Below the pieces are notes generated by a model, which made no database searches, was not told where the DNA came from, and worked only from the letters and a program-made list of their open reading frames with translations. DNA of 63,684 nucleotides, counting the filler, from Collodictyon triciliatum (Eukaryota), in NCBI GenBank assembly GCA_043381765.1. It is 5 parts of 5 records of this genome, joined end to end, with 100 filler letters (N's around TTAATTAATTAA, not from the genome) between each part and the next. Parts side by side here need not be neighbours in the genome. Positions count along the whole stretch, not along the records: positions 18,418 to 24,859 come from JBHJMP010000002.1; positions 24,960 to 44,054 come from JBHJMP010000003.1; 3 more parts are not named here. One strand, 5' to 3'. The stretch's first letter is position 1; each line of letters opens with the position of its first letter. This document shows positions 20,415-33,859 of the stretch, piece by piece. The translations under genes and the position numbers were made by a program.

Positions 20415-23190
20415 CTATTTGCCCTCTCCCCATACAGACTCCAACTCCGTTTTGTTTTTCTCACGTTCAGCCTTCTTGTCTTTTCTAACCTCCTCTAAGG
20501 CTCTGCAGTGGCAAAGATGTTAGTGTACGCACAAGATGAAGGAGAATGTAATGTATGACAATACATACAAGGCGGATGGGTGAAGATAAATTGGTATTTC
20601 GAAGAGACATTCACTTACATCTCCTCTTCAGTCTTTTTTAGGGAGACACCCTTTTCTGCGAGCTCAAAGAGTATGAACCGTCTGGCTGTGGTCCCAGAGA
20701 ATTGAGGTTTCTTCAATCCTTGTACCTCCGACTCCGCCGCAGCGATTGGATCTACAGAGTATGAAATTGAGTGGTCTTGAACGCTTACAGACTATCTCAT
20801 CGAATGGCAAAAGTGTTTCCCCTTTCCATTTTCTTCTGAATTTCTCATGTTTTAATGGCCGGGATCATACAAAATACTTTCTTTTTTTTTTTTTTTTGAT
20901 GAATAAAGTTTGCGTGGTGCATATTATCTTACCGTATAATCTTGTGGGTTTGACGAATTGAGGCTCCTTAGTAACAGAGAACATCCCACTACCGATACTC
21001 AGGAGATAATCATAAGCAGTTTTTGCTATTTAAATCACCAAATATGTTTTCATATATAGTTACAGTCACCAAATTCTTTCTCATGAAGAGTGTGAGTGAG
21101 TAGGAGATAGGGCATGTCAAGGAAAACCATCAACAAGAAGAAAAGAATCGGTACAATTGATAATTGCTAAGATGGCTTTAAAAAAAAAGAGAGAAAAGGA
21201 TAGAATAAACGAAAGTATATGATGTATAATATCAACGAGTCAATTTTTACTCCTCCCTCTCCCTCCTCTACACTCTCCTTTGCTTTGAAAATTAAAAGAA
21301 AACAGTAAAAAGTAAAGAAAAAAAAAAAGGAAATGACCTACACACAAACAACAACAAACAACAACAAACAAAACAAACAAAACAAAACAAACAAACAAAA
21401 GCATATTAAAAGACCTTTTGCGCTGTTTGGAAATACGACCAGAATATTACTAAGATAACTTTGTCCAGGCGGGGTGATAATGTTGACATCACTGGTCAAA
21501 TGAACCCCGAGCCATTCATGAACGTCGTCAATTGTGGCATCGTCTGTGAACCCGGAAAGTTCCAAAATATGGTCAGTCTTGGATACCTTTTGGCCTAACA
21601 GAGAGGTAATAGTGGCATTAGAATATTCTACTCTAGCTGCGCTCACACGATATGTGTTCAAAGAGTGGAGGGAGATTGGGCACAAAAGAATAGAAAAGAA
21701 TAGAAAATATTTGAATAGAAAAGAAGCCCTCAGAGCATTTAGGTTTGAATTTAATAACTGAGTGGATGATTTACTTGGTGTGGGTTCAGGATTGTAGTTC
21801 GTTTGAAGGGAATCTACAACAGTATCTTCATCTTGGACTAATTCAACAGGGTATTCTTCACTTCCAAAGGTTCTTGACCGATTTTGAGTGAACCCCCGTC
21901 CTTTTCTTATTACACCAGTGTTTTGAGGGCGAAAACCTTCGTCATAGAGGGGTTTGATTTCCTCTCTGGTCAGTGTGGAATTTACTATGAATTGGGAGGG
22001 CGAGGGTAAAGTGGCAATTATGGGAGGGTTTGATAGGGATATATCGCCATCTTCTTCCCAATTATCTGGTGCATCATCAAGATTTGTGGGCAGAGTATCC
22101 TTGGCAGGTAGAGTTGGCTTATCAACCTGTGCAGGTTCTTTAGGTTGTTGTGAGTGTGTCCGTTTTGCGCTGTGGGATTGATTTCGAGTAGACTTGTCTT
22201 GCTGTCCAGTTTGATGCTTTTTTTCTTCCGAAGCAGTTGATGTAACAAAGTCTGGCTGCTCAGAGCCTAGGCCAAATGTAGACAAGAGCGGTGTTGGTCT
22301 ATATCGATGATATGTATTAGCCAGTAAATATGCTTGTTTTTTTTTTTAAAAAAAAAATAATTAAATAAATCACTATAAGTAGACTAAGCATCATAAAAAT
22401 AGCACGGGGAAGAGAATTATCAAATGAAAATAATACATGTGACATTGAGGTGTCTTCAGGATGTTAATTGCTCGTTGCCCATGACCGACGGATTGGTGTT
22501 TTAGTCCAAAGCGGTCACAGAGTATATGGGTTAGTCTGCGGAGATAAGGGCTAGCAGGAGGTAGTTGCAACTGCTTCTTTGGTCTGTGAGATCGCATATG
22601 ATGAAGGTGAATGAATCATAAGTTGGAAGGGGGAAGACCTTCAGTTTTGAATTTTTGACAATTTTCTGCTGTGTTGCTGAATAGCCTCGGGGGACGAAGG
22701 TTCGAACAAGGCAAAGCGCATGCGGATAAAAGAAAAAGAAAAAGAAAAAGAAAAAGAAAAAGAAAAAGAAAAAGAAAAAGAAAAAGAAAAAGAAAAAGAA
22801 AAAGAAAAAGAAAAAGAGAAAAGAGAAAAGAGAAANNNNNNNNNNNNNNNNNNNNNNNNNNNNNNNNNNNNNNNNNNNNNNNNNNNNNNNNNNNNNNNNN
22901 NNNNNNNNNNNNNNNNNNNNNNNNNNNNNNNNNNNAGAGAGAAAGAGAGAAAGAGAGAAAGAGAGAAAGAGAGAAAGAGAGAAAGAGAGAAAGAGAGAAA
23001 GAGAGAAAGAGAGAAAGAGAGAAAGAGAGAAAAGTAAAAGAGAAAAGAGAAAAGAGAAAAGAGGAAACATGACTTACTTATCTTGCATAAAAACCACAAG
23101 TTGCTTTTCAATCTGCAGAATCGCAAGGCGTGGGCCCTCTGGACTCTGGTCGCACAGTGCATTCCAGAGATCTTGATCAATAGGATCCAT
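20415..23190 (-). CDS. R3HCC1: R3H + RRM-like + coiled-coil protein (R3HCC1-like)
   Basis: R3H domain LPPASPYLRRLTHILCDRFGLKHQSVG, RRM-like DHILELSGF...ILVVFPN, TTARRFI motif, and a terminal coiled coil ending ...ELESVWGEGK*. The start is uncertain (23190 or 23292) and there is a gap in intron 1. Confidence 0.75.
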
Positions 23191-23778
23191 CCAGTCGGGA
23201 AGAAAACAAAACGGAAAGACTATCTTGACTCTGAGACTGTTATGTTTACGTATCAATAACCCTGCCGCGCCTGGTTGTCTAAGGGATTTCATTGCCCATC
23301 CGCCTTGTATTTACCTTTTTTTATTTTATTTTTGCTATATTTTTTGTATATGTAAAACTTTTCCACCTCACTTGTCCAGGGTTGCAAGGGAGGGGCTCTT
23401 GTGAAGAGCATATGTAAAAGGAGAAATCAAAGCGAAAGACAGACATCAAAATAGAGAAAGTATTATAATATGAAAAGATAGAAGACAAAGGATAAAAGAA
23501 CTCAGAGGTGTGGGGGTGACGAAATGAAGGACTTGATTCTGAAGACTCAATTGCCTTCCTGATAGTCCCACGTCGCACGAGCCACCGCACGATGTTGAAG
23601 CAGATTGAATAGAAAACGAATCCAAAGGACAGGGTAAGGATATCAAGGAAGGGACTTTGTTAAATTTTGATGGTTGACGAAGAAAGGAGGACATACAAAA
23701 GCGATGGTGGGATGAGAAAGAAGATAGGGGATGGATGGATGGATGGGTGGATGGATGAGCGATGAGTAATATCAAGGC

Positions 23779-24697
23779 TTAGGAGTTTGCTCTGGAGCGA
23801 AGATTGGGTCGCTGATTGGACTTTGGGCGGTTCTTTTGCTGGGCCAGCGGAGAAAGCAGATTACTCCTGGCAGCCGGGGGCTGTGTGTGGGGCTCCTGCT
23901 TGATGGCTGGGATGTAGTCGATGGGGCTGAGCAGACGCGATGGTTTGCTTGCCTGGCGTGAATCCAGTTGATCCCGCGGCTGCGCCTGGGAATGCGCCTG
24001 GGAATGCGCCACGACGGATGGTGACAAAGCGCGCAGGCGATTCTGGGATGGGCGTGAAGGCTGAGGCATTTCTGCGGTCTGGGAGGTGCTTGGAGAAAGG
24101 ACACTTCGCACAGGCTGCGTTCGACGGATGGGCTCCAGACCGCGGGGCCGGGACGATGTGTCGATGCTCAGCGGGTCCACGGGCGGACCGGAAGTGGGCA
24201 GCGCGCATGTTGGGGCATCAAGCAGCGGCTCCAAAGCGCGATGTCGGCCACTTGCGGCTGCATTGTTGTTACTGCTGGTGGCGTTTGCGGAGATTTCGTC
24301 GCCCAAAACGGCTCCTGCTTTGCCTGGCTCGCGGATGGCCGGGGAGATGCCGAGCGGCTCGAGCCTGAGTGCGAGGGAGATCATGGGGGTTAACTTGGGT
24401 TCTTTGTGCCGTGCACGACACTTTTCGACCTGCCGATGCTAAAGGGGAGGGAGTGGCCTGGTTGGTGTATCGGATCGGGTGCTGACCAGACGGTTTTGTT
24501 CTTCTTCTTCTTTTTTTTTTTTTTTTGGGTTGCCAATGCGTATGTTTTTGTGTGGGAAAGAAAAGAAACTAGGAGAGGGAAGGGCGATGAGGAAGTCTAT
24601 GGAGGGGCCCTTACTTCATCCCAGTCCCTGCTTGGCGTTGTTGGGAATCCTTCGTGCTGGATCGACCCCCTTGTAACGCTCGGTTGGAAGCCACGGT
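23779..24697 (-). CDS. 3' exons of an unknown low-complexity protein, 5' part beyond the scaffold end
   Basis: GC-rich ORF 23779-24429 begins at a CAG acceptor (VEKCRARHKEPKLTPMISL...). A phase-compatible upstream exon lies at about 24615-24697. No domain was recognised. Confidence 0.45.
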
Positions 24698-24763
24698 CTG
24701 TGGGCGAAACAAAAACAACACGGTTTTGTGCTCTTAGTCGGGCGGTGGAAGGAGAAGAACCAA

Positions 24764-24859
<96 letters not shown>

Positions 24860-24903
24860 NNNNNNNNNNNNNNNNNNNNNNNNNNNNNNNNNNNNNNNNN
24901 NNN

Positions 24904-24915
24904 TTAATTAATTAA
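24904..24915. other. Artificial scaffold-joining linker
   Basis: TTAATTAATTAA in an N spacer. Confidence 0.95.
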
Positions 24916-25032
24916 NNNNNNNNNNNNNNNNNNNNNNNNNNNNNNNNNNNNNNNNNNNNGTATGTATGTATGTATGTATGTATGTATGTATGTATGTATG
25001 TATGTATGTATGTATGTATGTATGTATGTATG

Positions 25033-25064
<32 letters not shown>

Positions 25065-25080
25065 CAAAGCGATATTGTAC

Positions 25081-28000
25081 CTCAAACATGCCAAAGAAGT
25101 GAAACCAAAGGCTGAAAAAGTCCTCTGGGCTCCATTGTGTTGGGTCTTCACCGAAAAACTTGACGGTCTCATTGTACTGTTGTACCATCTGCGCCATCGT
25201 GCCTGCTACCAGGCGAATAGTCTCATTAGCTCTGAGGACAAACTCCTACAATACACCGAATATGATGACATGATTAGTCCACTGAGCTTATGTTCGTCCC
25301 TTTTATACTTTATAAATCCGGATAGCGCACAGTACTGCGAGGTAGAGGACAAGAAAAAAGAAAAAGAAAGACACAATCCAAAATAAAAAAGTAACAGGAA
25401 GTTATGACGATATCTACAGATATTTCCTCTTTGAATTGAATAAAAGAAAAAAATCTACAGAAATTTTCTTGTTTCGCACCGAAAATTACTTCGTGTATCA
25501 CAAAAATTTACCTTCATCATCACTGAAAAGCCGTCTCTGGGGTCAGTCGTTCCTTTTGCAAGTTCTTCTTGGATAGCCTTGATTAGTGTTCGGGCGTTGT
25601 TCAACGATGCCATCATTTCACTTAAACTGACTGGATTGTCATAATTTATTTTATTTTATTTAGAATGCCAAAATTATATAGAATCACGAGTCATGAATCA
25701 AGAATAAAACCCATCGTAATTTTGGGTTCACCGACTGAATAAGCGTGATTATATTGCGCTATAGAATGCTTCTCTTGATTTCCATCAATTTATGTTGATT
25801 TCGTACAACCTGCGCATGCATCTTGCAAATGAGGCACATCTTCTTGGAATCCAATCAAATCAGATCTTCTCTCGCTCACTACATATGCTATGTAGTGCAG
25901 AAGCGTTATTTTGCTGTTCTGCGCCTTGGTGTCGTGGAGCTTTTTTTTTTTTTGAAGAAAATTGTGAGTACAAATCACGTTGAGTATTCCCCCTTCCCCC
26001 TCCTTTTTTTTTTTTTTTGGAGAAGGTAAATTCTTTTTGAACTTTTAGTTTTAAAACAAAATGGAAGTAATTTGAAACCTTCAAAAGGTAGTTTAATTTA
26101 AATCCCTTAGCAGCCCCTTTATTCAATGAGTTTCCTGCTTGAAGAATAACCTATAACAATGATACATGCCCAATAAAAATGAATAGTTATTCATGACAGT
26201 GGTAAAATATTGTTCACTAAAAATTTGCGTGGCTACAAACAGAAAGCAGGCCAGTAATCTTCTTGCTTTTTTTAAATTCGTCGCACACAATTTTAAGAAG
26301 CTTCACATCCTAATTTTATTACTCATCTTTATTTTGCATAGAAATGGCATGTGGATATGATCAATCATGATTTGGGACAAAAAAGCTTTTTGTAATGATA
26401 CGGAGCATGATACAATTTTTTTGAAGTAATAAGTGGTTGTGAAAGTATGCAAAAAAAAATAAATAATACAAATACGAATGATAATAAAGTAAACCAAAAA
26501 GAATAAGAGATAAAATAAGAAAACCTTGCTAAGGTCCTCCATTTCGTCAGAAAATGAATTTCGAAAAATCCAATATTTAATTCGAAGTTCGATACGTGGA
26601 ATATCATAAAGCTATCACGAAGAGAGTGGATGCATTTATGGTAAGACACATATTAATTATTTTCTTAGACAGATTTACATTTACGCTATTCGAAGCTCAA
26701 TTGAAGTAATTATATGGAAAAATTACAAAACAAAAAAAATGAAAGGAAAGAAAAAGGAGATGTTCTTCACCTGAAGTAAAAGCATTTCAGCTTTTCCTAA
26801 CTTAGCTTTATCTCCTTTAAATTCTTTGATGGCATCGATCTATAAAATATTTGTAAAGGAGCAAGTTATCCCACGTGAATAAATATGCAGGTATCTCAAT
26901 CTGAAAGGATGAAATATTAGACATACTTCCTCTTTAGTGGGAGTACATATCTGCAATGCTTGCAGTTCTTGCTCAGAAAAGTATGAGTCTCTCATACTTA
27001 TGATTCCCAACCGAATCTCTTCATAAGACTTTTTAAAATGAGAGAGCAAAATCCCTAGCATTTTGAAATAATGAATGATACCACACCATTTTTTTTAAAT
27101 AAGGAACAAAATGCGAGCAAAAAGTTTTAAAAAAAATAAACATAAAACACTTCACGTTCGATGAATTAGTAATTTTATCATTTTTTTTTTGTCGTTTATC
27201 TTGATAACTAATTGTAAAGTATTTCTAGATACGTGAGTAAACGTATAGTATATAAAAAATCAAACCTATATTCTGGGCCCTTTTGTAAGAAAGAAACGTC
27301 GCAGCAGCCGGAGTCTGTTCCTTACTTGCTTGCTTGTTTGTTTCTTCGCAAAGTACACAATCAAAAGATTTATTAAAAGCATATTTTGTTAAGTATGTCT
27401 AGCGTTTTAAAAGCTAGTAGAATATATACACGAGTATTTTTCATCCATATCGCTTGATTTACATGTTTTTCCTATGTAAATATTTAATTTTGACTTGCTT
27501 CCAGCCTCTTTAATAGCGAATAATTTTTTATTTTAAAAAACCTTGTGATGTGGCAGCACGTTGGCGTGAAAACAAGTATTCCAACTCATCCATCTGCACG
27601 ACAGCTGGTGCAGATTCTTGTGTAACCTGGATAAAAAGTATATCATCAAGGAAAGTCAAAAAAAAATAATAAAAAATAGAGCCTTCAAGAGTGCTGGTCG
27701 CATAGGATACTTTGTTAACTCACGGATTTCCAAACGGTGTTTTCAATCTCCCCACCCGCCACCGGGGTCCAATGAACCTTCTTTGTTGATGGCCCACTTG
27801 CTACGCATCCGTGATGAATGTTCCACAAAATCGAAAACCAAAGTAAAGAATAGCAAGAAAATCACAGACCTTTGGCAGAACTTGAACCCATGCCGGGAGG
27901 AGGTGGCGGCGGAGGTGGCGGAGGAGGCGGAGGAGCTCCGTTGGGGCCAGACTGGGGCATTTGTATTTGCATTTGCACGGGAACCACAGGGATATTTGTC

Positions 28001-31000
28001 GCATTCGACTCTAGTGTTCCATTTGCTGTTTCTTGTTGCGGCCGGTCTCGAAGTTCTCGAAGTTTTGAACCAAGGACAGAAAGTCTTTCGGTTCTATCGA
28101 GAAGCGGTTGTGAATCAGGAGGAGGAGTTGCTGAAGCTATACGTTTTATAAATAGAAAATCAGGTCGATAAAGAAAGGGAGCTGAAGCACAAATATATGA
28201 AGAATAGAAACAAACTAGAAATAAAAAACAAATAAAAGAGAATACATAAACAAGAGATACTTAGTACGATTATTTTACAACTTATGTATTTCCATCCACA
28301 TATACCATAATAAAAGTATATTTCATATTATGCATTAAATGTTTGCTTAAATATTAATTTAAGTTGTGAATACTTTTCATGGTTTTTGGAGTGAAAGACT
28401 TCAATTGTGGATTATCTAGATTCAGATACTATGTTAACTCAAAATTGGACAAATTCATTTGCGTAGTTCCTACATTATTAGCTGTTTGTAGTTAAGTGAC
28501 ACTAAATTACCTCTTTCCATTTTTTTACGTTCCATGGCTTCTTTGAATAGTTCCTTTTTTGATTTTTGGGAACTCGACTGCTTTTTAATCAAAAGGTAAA
28601 TAATTAATAATATAAATACTTATCAGATAAAGTGATAATGATTATTATATCAAGGGAATAGAGAGAAGATATAAAGATCAAATAAAATAAAAGGAGATAT
28701 CGAAAAAGTTCATAAGAGACAAAGTAAAGTATGATAGATGCTACGAAAACTTACACTATTTAAAAGTGATTTCCCATCCACCTTTTTTACAAGATTAGTG
28801 TTAGATATATGATGAGAAAAATTAGACTTCTGTTTTAAAAATATAAAGAATTCTGAAAATAAAATGCAATTAAAATAAACACCTATCCATATTTACATTA
28901 TTTTTCTGTGCCTTTGATCTATAGTCTTATACTTACACAAGGCCGACCTTCAGATTCTAGTGAATATGTTGTTTGTGAAGAATCAAGAATGGCAGCTGAA
29001 CCTAAGGTGCCTGACCGAATATTGGATGGGTTTCTTTCATTTAAAACCTCATTTCTCGGCTTGAAGGGTGATCCGTCTTTAAACCCAGGAGAGGAAATCG
29101 AAGATGGAGTTGGGAGATTCTCGTTCGCAGGGCTTGTTAAACGATCCATCATCTCAAAGTATTCTTTTCTGTCAATAGTAACTGTGTCCCTATGGTCACC
29201 AAACATCCGCAAAGTCAGGGTAGTGTCTAATAACCCCACGCTTTGTGGTTGAATAGAGATGACAACAGATAAAGAAGGATACATTAACAGTCTCTTAACT
29301 TTATATTTTGAGATATCTAGGCAATCATAGGAAGAAAATTGTAGCATAGTCTAAATGTCTTTTTCTTTTTTCTTTTGAATGTGATTTAGGTTACGATTCT
29401 GAGCGAGGTCTGAGATTCCCTTGGTCAGACGAAAAACCCTCCGGCATATTCAATAGAAGGTTCACAGTTGCATTCTTCATTAATCATTAAAAGATGAATA
29501 AAATATGGGATGGAAATTAGCAAATACATTACAAGTCATACATTTTCATAACTGCTAGTAGTATATTTCGATAAAAAAAGGCGACAAGATGAGACTTTAC
29601 CACATCATTTTCGCTCCAACTCATCATGGTGCGGATAATTGATTCTTCAAATCCCATTTCAATCAAGCTTTTTTGAAGTTCATCAGGCTAGGGACGATAC
29701 GTAAAATTTTAAAAAGCTGACTTTATGTAAAATTAATCTTATTTTTTTCATATATGTTGCACCTAGTTTCAATGAATTCCTTTCGGATAAATCATGCAAT
29801 TTTTTTTAAATAATTTGTGAATTTTTTTGGAAAAGAAAAAAAGAAAAGAAGATATTTTTATTTGAATTCAAAAATAATCGAGCCAAATGTGATAATAAAA
29901 CAAAATAAATTTTAGATAAAAAGAGAATTGGATGAGTTAACAACAGAAATTGAATGGAGAAAGAATAAAAAAGAATAAAAAAGAATAAAAAAGAATAAAA
30001 AAGAATAAAAAAGAATAAAAAAGAATAAAAAAGAATAAAAAAGAGAATAAAAAAGAATAAANNNNNNNNNNNNNNNNNNNNNNNNNNNNNNNNNNNNNNN
30101 NNNNNNNNNNNNNNNNNNNNNNNNNNNNNNNNNNNNNNNNNNNNNNNNNNNNNNNNNNNNNTAAAAAAAAGAGAATAAAAAAAAAGAGAATAAAAAAAAA
30201 GAGAATAAAAAAAAAGAGAATAAAAAAAAGAGAATAAAAAAGAGAAAATAAAATAGAAAGAAAACTGTGAATAGCAAAAACGATCACAATACTGACCGAT
30301 AGTGACGGTTGTATAAATGAATCTTGTCTTGTCAGAGTTCTAGGTCCTTGGGAGCTTTTGTCGCTAGATACTAGCTTGGAAAATATCGAACGCCTCTGCT
30401 TTTTCTTCCTAAAAATAACAATATTTTTTCTTGCAAACAAGATGAAATAAAATCCGGAAATGAAAATATATGACAGTTCTTACTCGATTTTGTGCTCTTC
30501 CCATTTCTGGAGTACTTGATCTATCTCTTCCTTAACCTGAACTAGCAAAACAACGTTGTCGTCGCTTAAAGGTTTTTGAAGGTATTTCTAGGAAATATTG
30601 GGTGAGTAGAGTAATTAATTGAGCAAGAAAAAATCGCCTTTGCAGACTGAATTTTATTTAAATATTTACCAAAAGTCTTTGCCTACACTGTGTACAATAT
30701 GTTACAGCATTTTCTGCCTTAATACCAGTGCTTTTAGATCCTTTAGATGCCTCCTCCAAGGATGACAAGTGCAGAGATAGGGTGACCAGCTAACGTTTTT
30801 CCATGATGGATTAATTACAAGGATATCAAGATAACTCAATAAAAACAATGCAAAACAAAAAAACAAAACAAAAAAACAAAAAAACAAAAACAAAAACAAA
30901 AACAAAAAATAAAAAAAATAAAAAACAAAACAAAAAACAAAACAAAAAACAAAAAAGAAACAAAAACAACAGGAAGGGAAAGATACCTCCAATTGAAATT

Positions 31001-32824
31001 CATCAATATCAAATTTATTTGGGTCTCTTACGGAATTCTGTCTAGCCCTTACCTTTGAAAATATTATAAACAAATTGCAAAATATGGTATTTGAATATCA
31101 TAATATAGAACTTTTGGTTAGTAACATACTTGAGCGCGAGGTGGAGTTGGTATAGGTGCAGGGGTCGGTACGAATGAAGTTTGTTGATTCATCTGCACAT
31201 AATGCGCATTTGTTTGGTATATAGGTGGTTGCACATTTACATATGCAACATGATTTCCTGAATACGAACTACGCCGTGTATTCGGCTCTTCCTATTTTAT
31301 TATTAAGAGGATAACACTGAATATTCATACACATTATATTTATTGTTAATTTGTATATCTATCGACTAAATGGTATTCAATTGTGCATAATAGTTACTAT
31401 TCAAAAATAGAATAAAAAATGCTATTACCGAGGTCTCTGCAGCAGCCCATTCAGGTCTGGATGGTGGTGGAATGAAAAGTCCTAAAAATGATGCACTTTA
31501 ATAGTGGTCACTAAAATATCTTTCGCAATATCCCTTTCAAATCGCATAAATGCCCAGTGTTAAAATGCATGTAAGATTATCTTAATTGCCTACCGGTAGC
31601 CTTCACTTTATCGTAAAATCTTTGTATTTCTGTACCAAGTGGGTATAATTTTAAGCCGCAATAGTAAGATCCAACGATTTATTATTATTATTATTTATTC
31701 ATGCAATATCAGTTCCCATAACAATCCGACGAGAGTGTATCTATCAATACAGATATAGAGGATGGCAACTTACCGTAGAGATGGTGATCTGATTTACTTA
31801 AATATTTCCAATCAGCAAGACTCGTTAATATGGCATCGGTGACATAGAGAGGCTAAACGAAAGAAAAAAAGGATACATAAAAAACACGCATTATTTATGC
31901 TTTACATGTTACAGAAAATTTTAGACACGATACGAACTATTTTCATATTATTGGATATACAAAATAATACAAATGATTCCTTCATTACGAGCATACTGGG
32001 AGTAAATAGCACACTGTAATAAAATTTAGTTACCGTCGACGAATTGGAAATGATACCAAACAGCCGATCTGTCCATTTTTTTCTTGCAAACTCAACCCGA
32101 AACTGATAATGGCTGTTCTGGTACAAGTAGTCGATGATCTGAAAACAGAGATTTATTATAAAGCCTGGTTTGAAACATTTGGATCTATGACCAATTTTTC
32201 AATGCTTGTTTGTTATATCTTATGGGTTATATTCTGAAGCATATGCATGGATGGAGGATACTGTAAGAAAAACTAAGCACATCAAAGAAAAGTATAAAAA
32301 AAATGTTTCTCTGGTCGTTTAAGATGCATATTTTTAGGAGAGCTCTAACTTACATTAATCGCATTCTGGGCGTACTTTGGATTCGGTGATAATACATATG
32401 ACTTCATCGACTGCAACGTGCTATAGGCATATCTGCATATGGGCATGCCATTTTTTTTTGTTACAATGAATATAAAACTAGGCCGAAGTAAAAATACAAT
32501 TTTTGTTTCGTTTTAAATAACACAGATTTGTTCCAAAAGCCTATAAAGCAATGCGTCGAACTGAATAACTGAATAACTGAATAAAATACAATCTGTTTCC
32601 CTAAATGCAGCATCAAAGGAGAAATGGGCGACAAGATACCAAACATTGTAGAAAAGTTTGAGCTTTCTTCTTTTTCTTTCCTTTTCTCTCCTTTTTTCTT
32701 TTTCTTTCTATCAGTCTTACTCTTGTGGTTTCTCTTCAATGGCACGACTCAATCGAAGTACAACGGGCCAGTTCACCTCGGGCTGTTCTCCTCTTCCTAT
32801 AGCCTCTGCAACCATGCGTTCCAT
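25081..32824 (-). CDS. Formin with VHS-GAT-UBA-FH1-FH2 architecture, 3' end cut by the scaffold end
   Basis: FH2 motifs KKVHWTPV..ENTVW, RAQNIGILLSHFK, GNSLNKGAAKGFKLNYLLKLHDTK, TLLHYI, VKFFGEDP...PEDFF; poly-Pro FH1 at about 27890-27935. N-terminal exons are VHS-like, GAT-like and UBA-like (SLIEMGFEES...NDVNATVNLLL). Exons were traced with compatible phases from ATG 32824 into FH2. Confidence 0.85.
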
Positions 32825-33398
32825 TCTACCTAGAGTCATATATTCAACAACATCCTTACTTTCGCTGTTTATTCACAATCATATCTCCAACTTTTTTTTT
32901 TTTTTTGGAAAATCTCCCCAGCGCACAGTCACACATCTGCGAGAACTTCAGCTCTCCCACTTTTCCAGTTGTCTTCATACAGACTTGTAATTCATTCTTT
33001 TTCCCACAAGAGACATATGAGTTTCCATGGACAACAGGTTATCTGCTTTTCTAAGCGATCGCGGGTTTGTGGACAAACGAAGCCATCGATCTCGTACCAG
33101 ATCGGAAAATCCGCAGACAGCCGGACGGCACACACGGGCACAGTCGTTCCACATTAAGAGCAGAGGGCGGTGTATTTTGATCCAGATCGAATGGATCCAT
33201 CTTTGGTGTTTGGGTGCATCGGCCGAGGTTGTGATCCACTTTTTGTAAGCTGTCATCCTAACTCTCAGCCATGGTCTGGGCAAGCGCCATGATCGTATGT
33301 CCATACAACCCCTATGGTTCGCACACAAGCGCAGTGCGATCAAGGCTCTCTCACACTCTTTTACTTTGATCACTTTCCCCTCCGGACTCTTGTCTACG

Positions 33399-33467
<69 letters not shown>

Positions 33468-33859
33468 GAAAAATAAAAGAGATTTGATCTCATATGCACC
33501 AGCTGGAGAGAGAGAGAGAGAGAAAGAGAAAGCGGCCAAGACGACTTATATTTAAGTTGGCTTGATCGGTTACTGCGTCTTTCCCACTCAAAGATTAACT
33601 CGTAATCGTAAACTCATTTGTTCGTGTCCCACTTCAGCAATTTGTTATGAAATAATGAATAGCTCTTGCACGACTCACAGACGTGCCAAGTGTCTAATCT
33701 GCTCAGTCCTTTTTTTCTTTTTTACACAAAGCGAAACGGTCTTACGTGCCATTTCCATTATTCACGATTTTTTTTTCTTTCCTCCTCCTTTCCTCCCTCT
33801 TTCCTCCTCCTTTCCTCCCTCTTTCCTCCTTCTTCCCCTATCCCTCCCAGGGCACTGCA

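Noticed and set aside
23779-24697. GC-rich minus-strand exons as the C-terminus of the formin
   Set aside because: The linker at 24904 separates them from the formin, so there is no evidence of contiguity.
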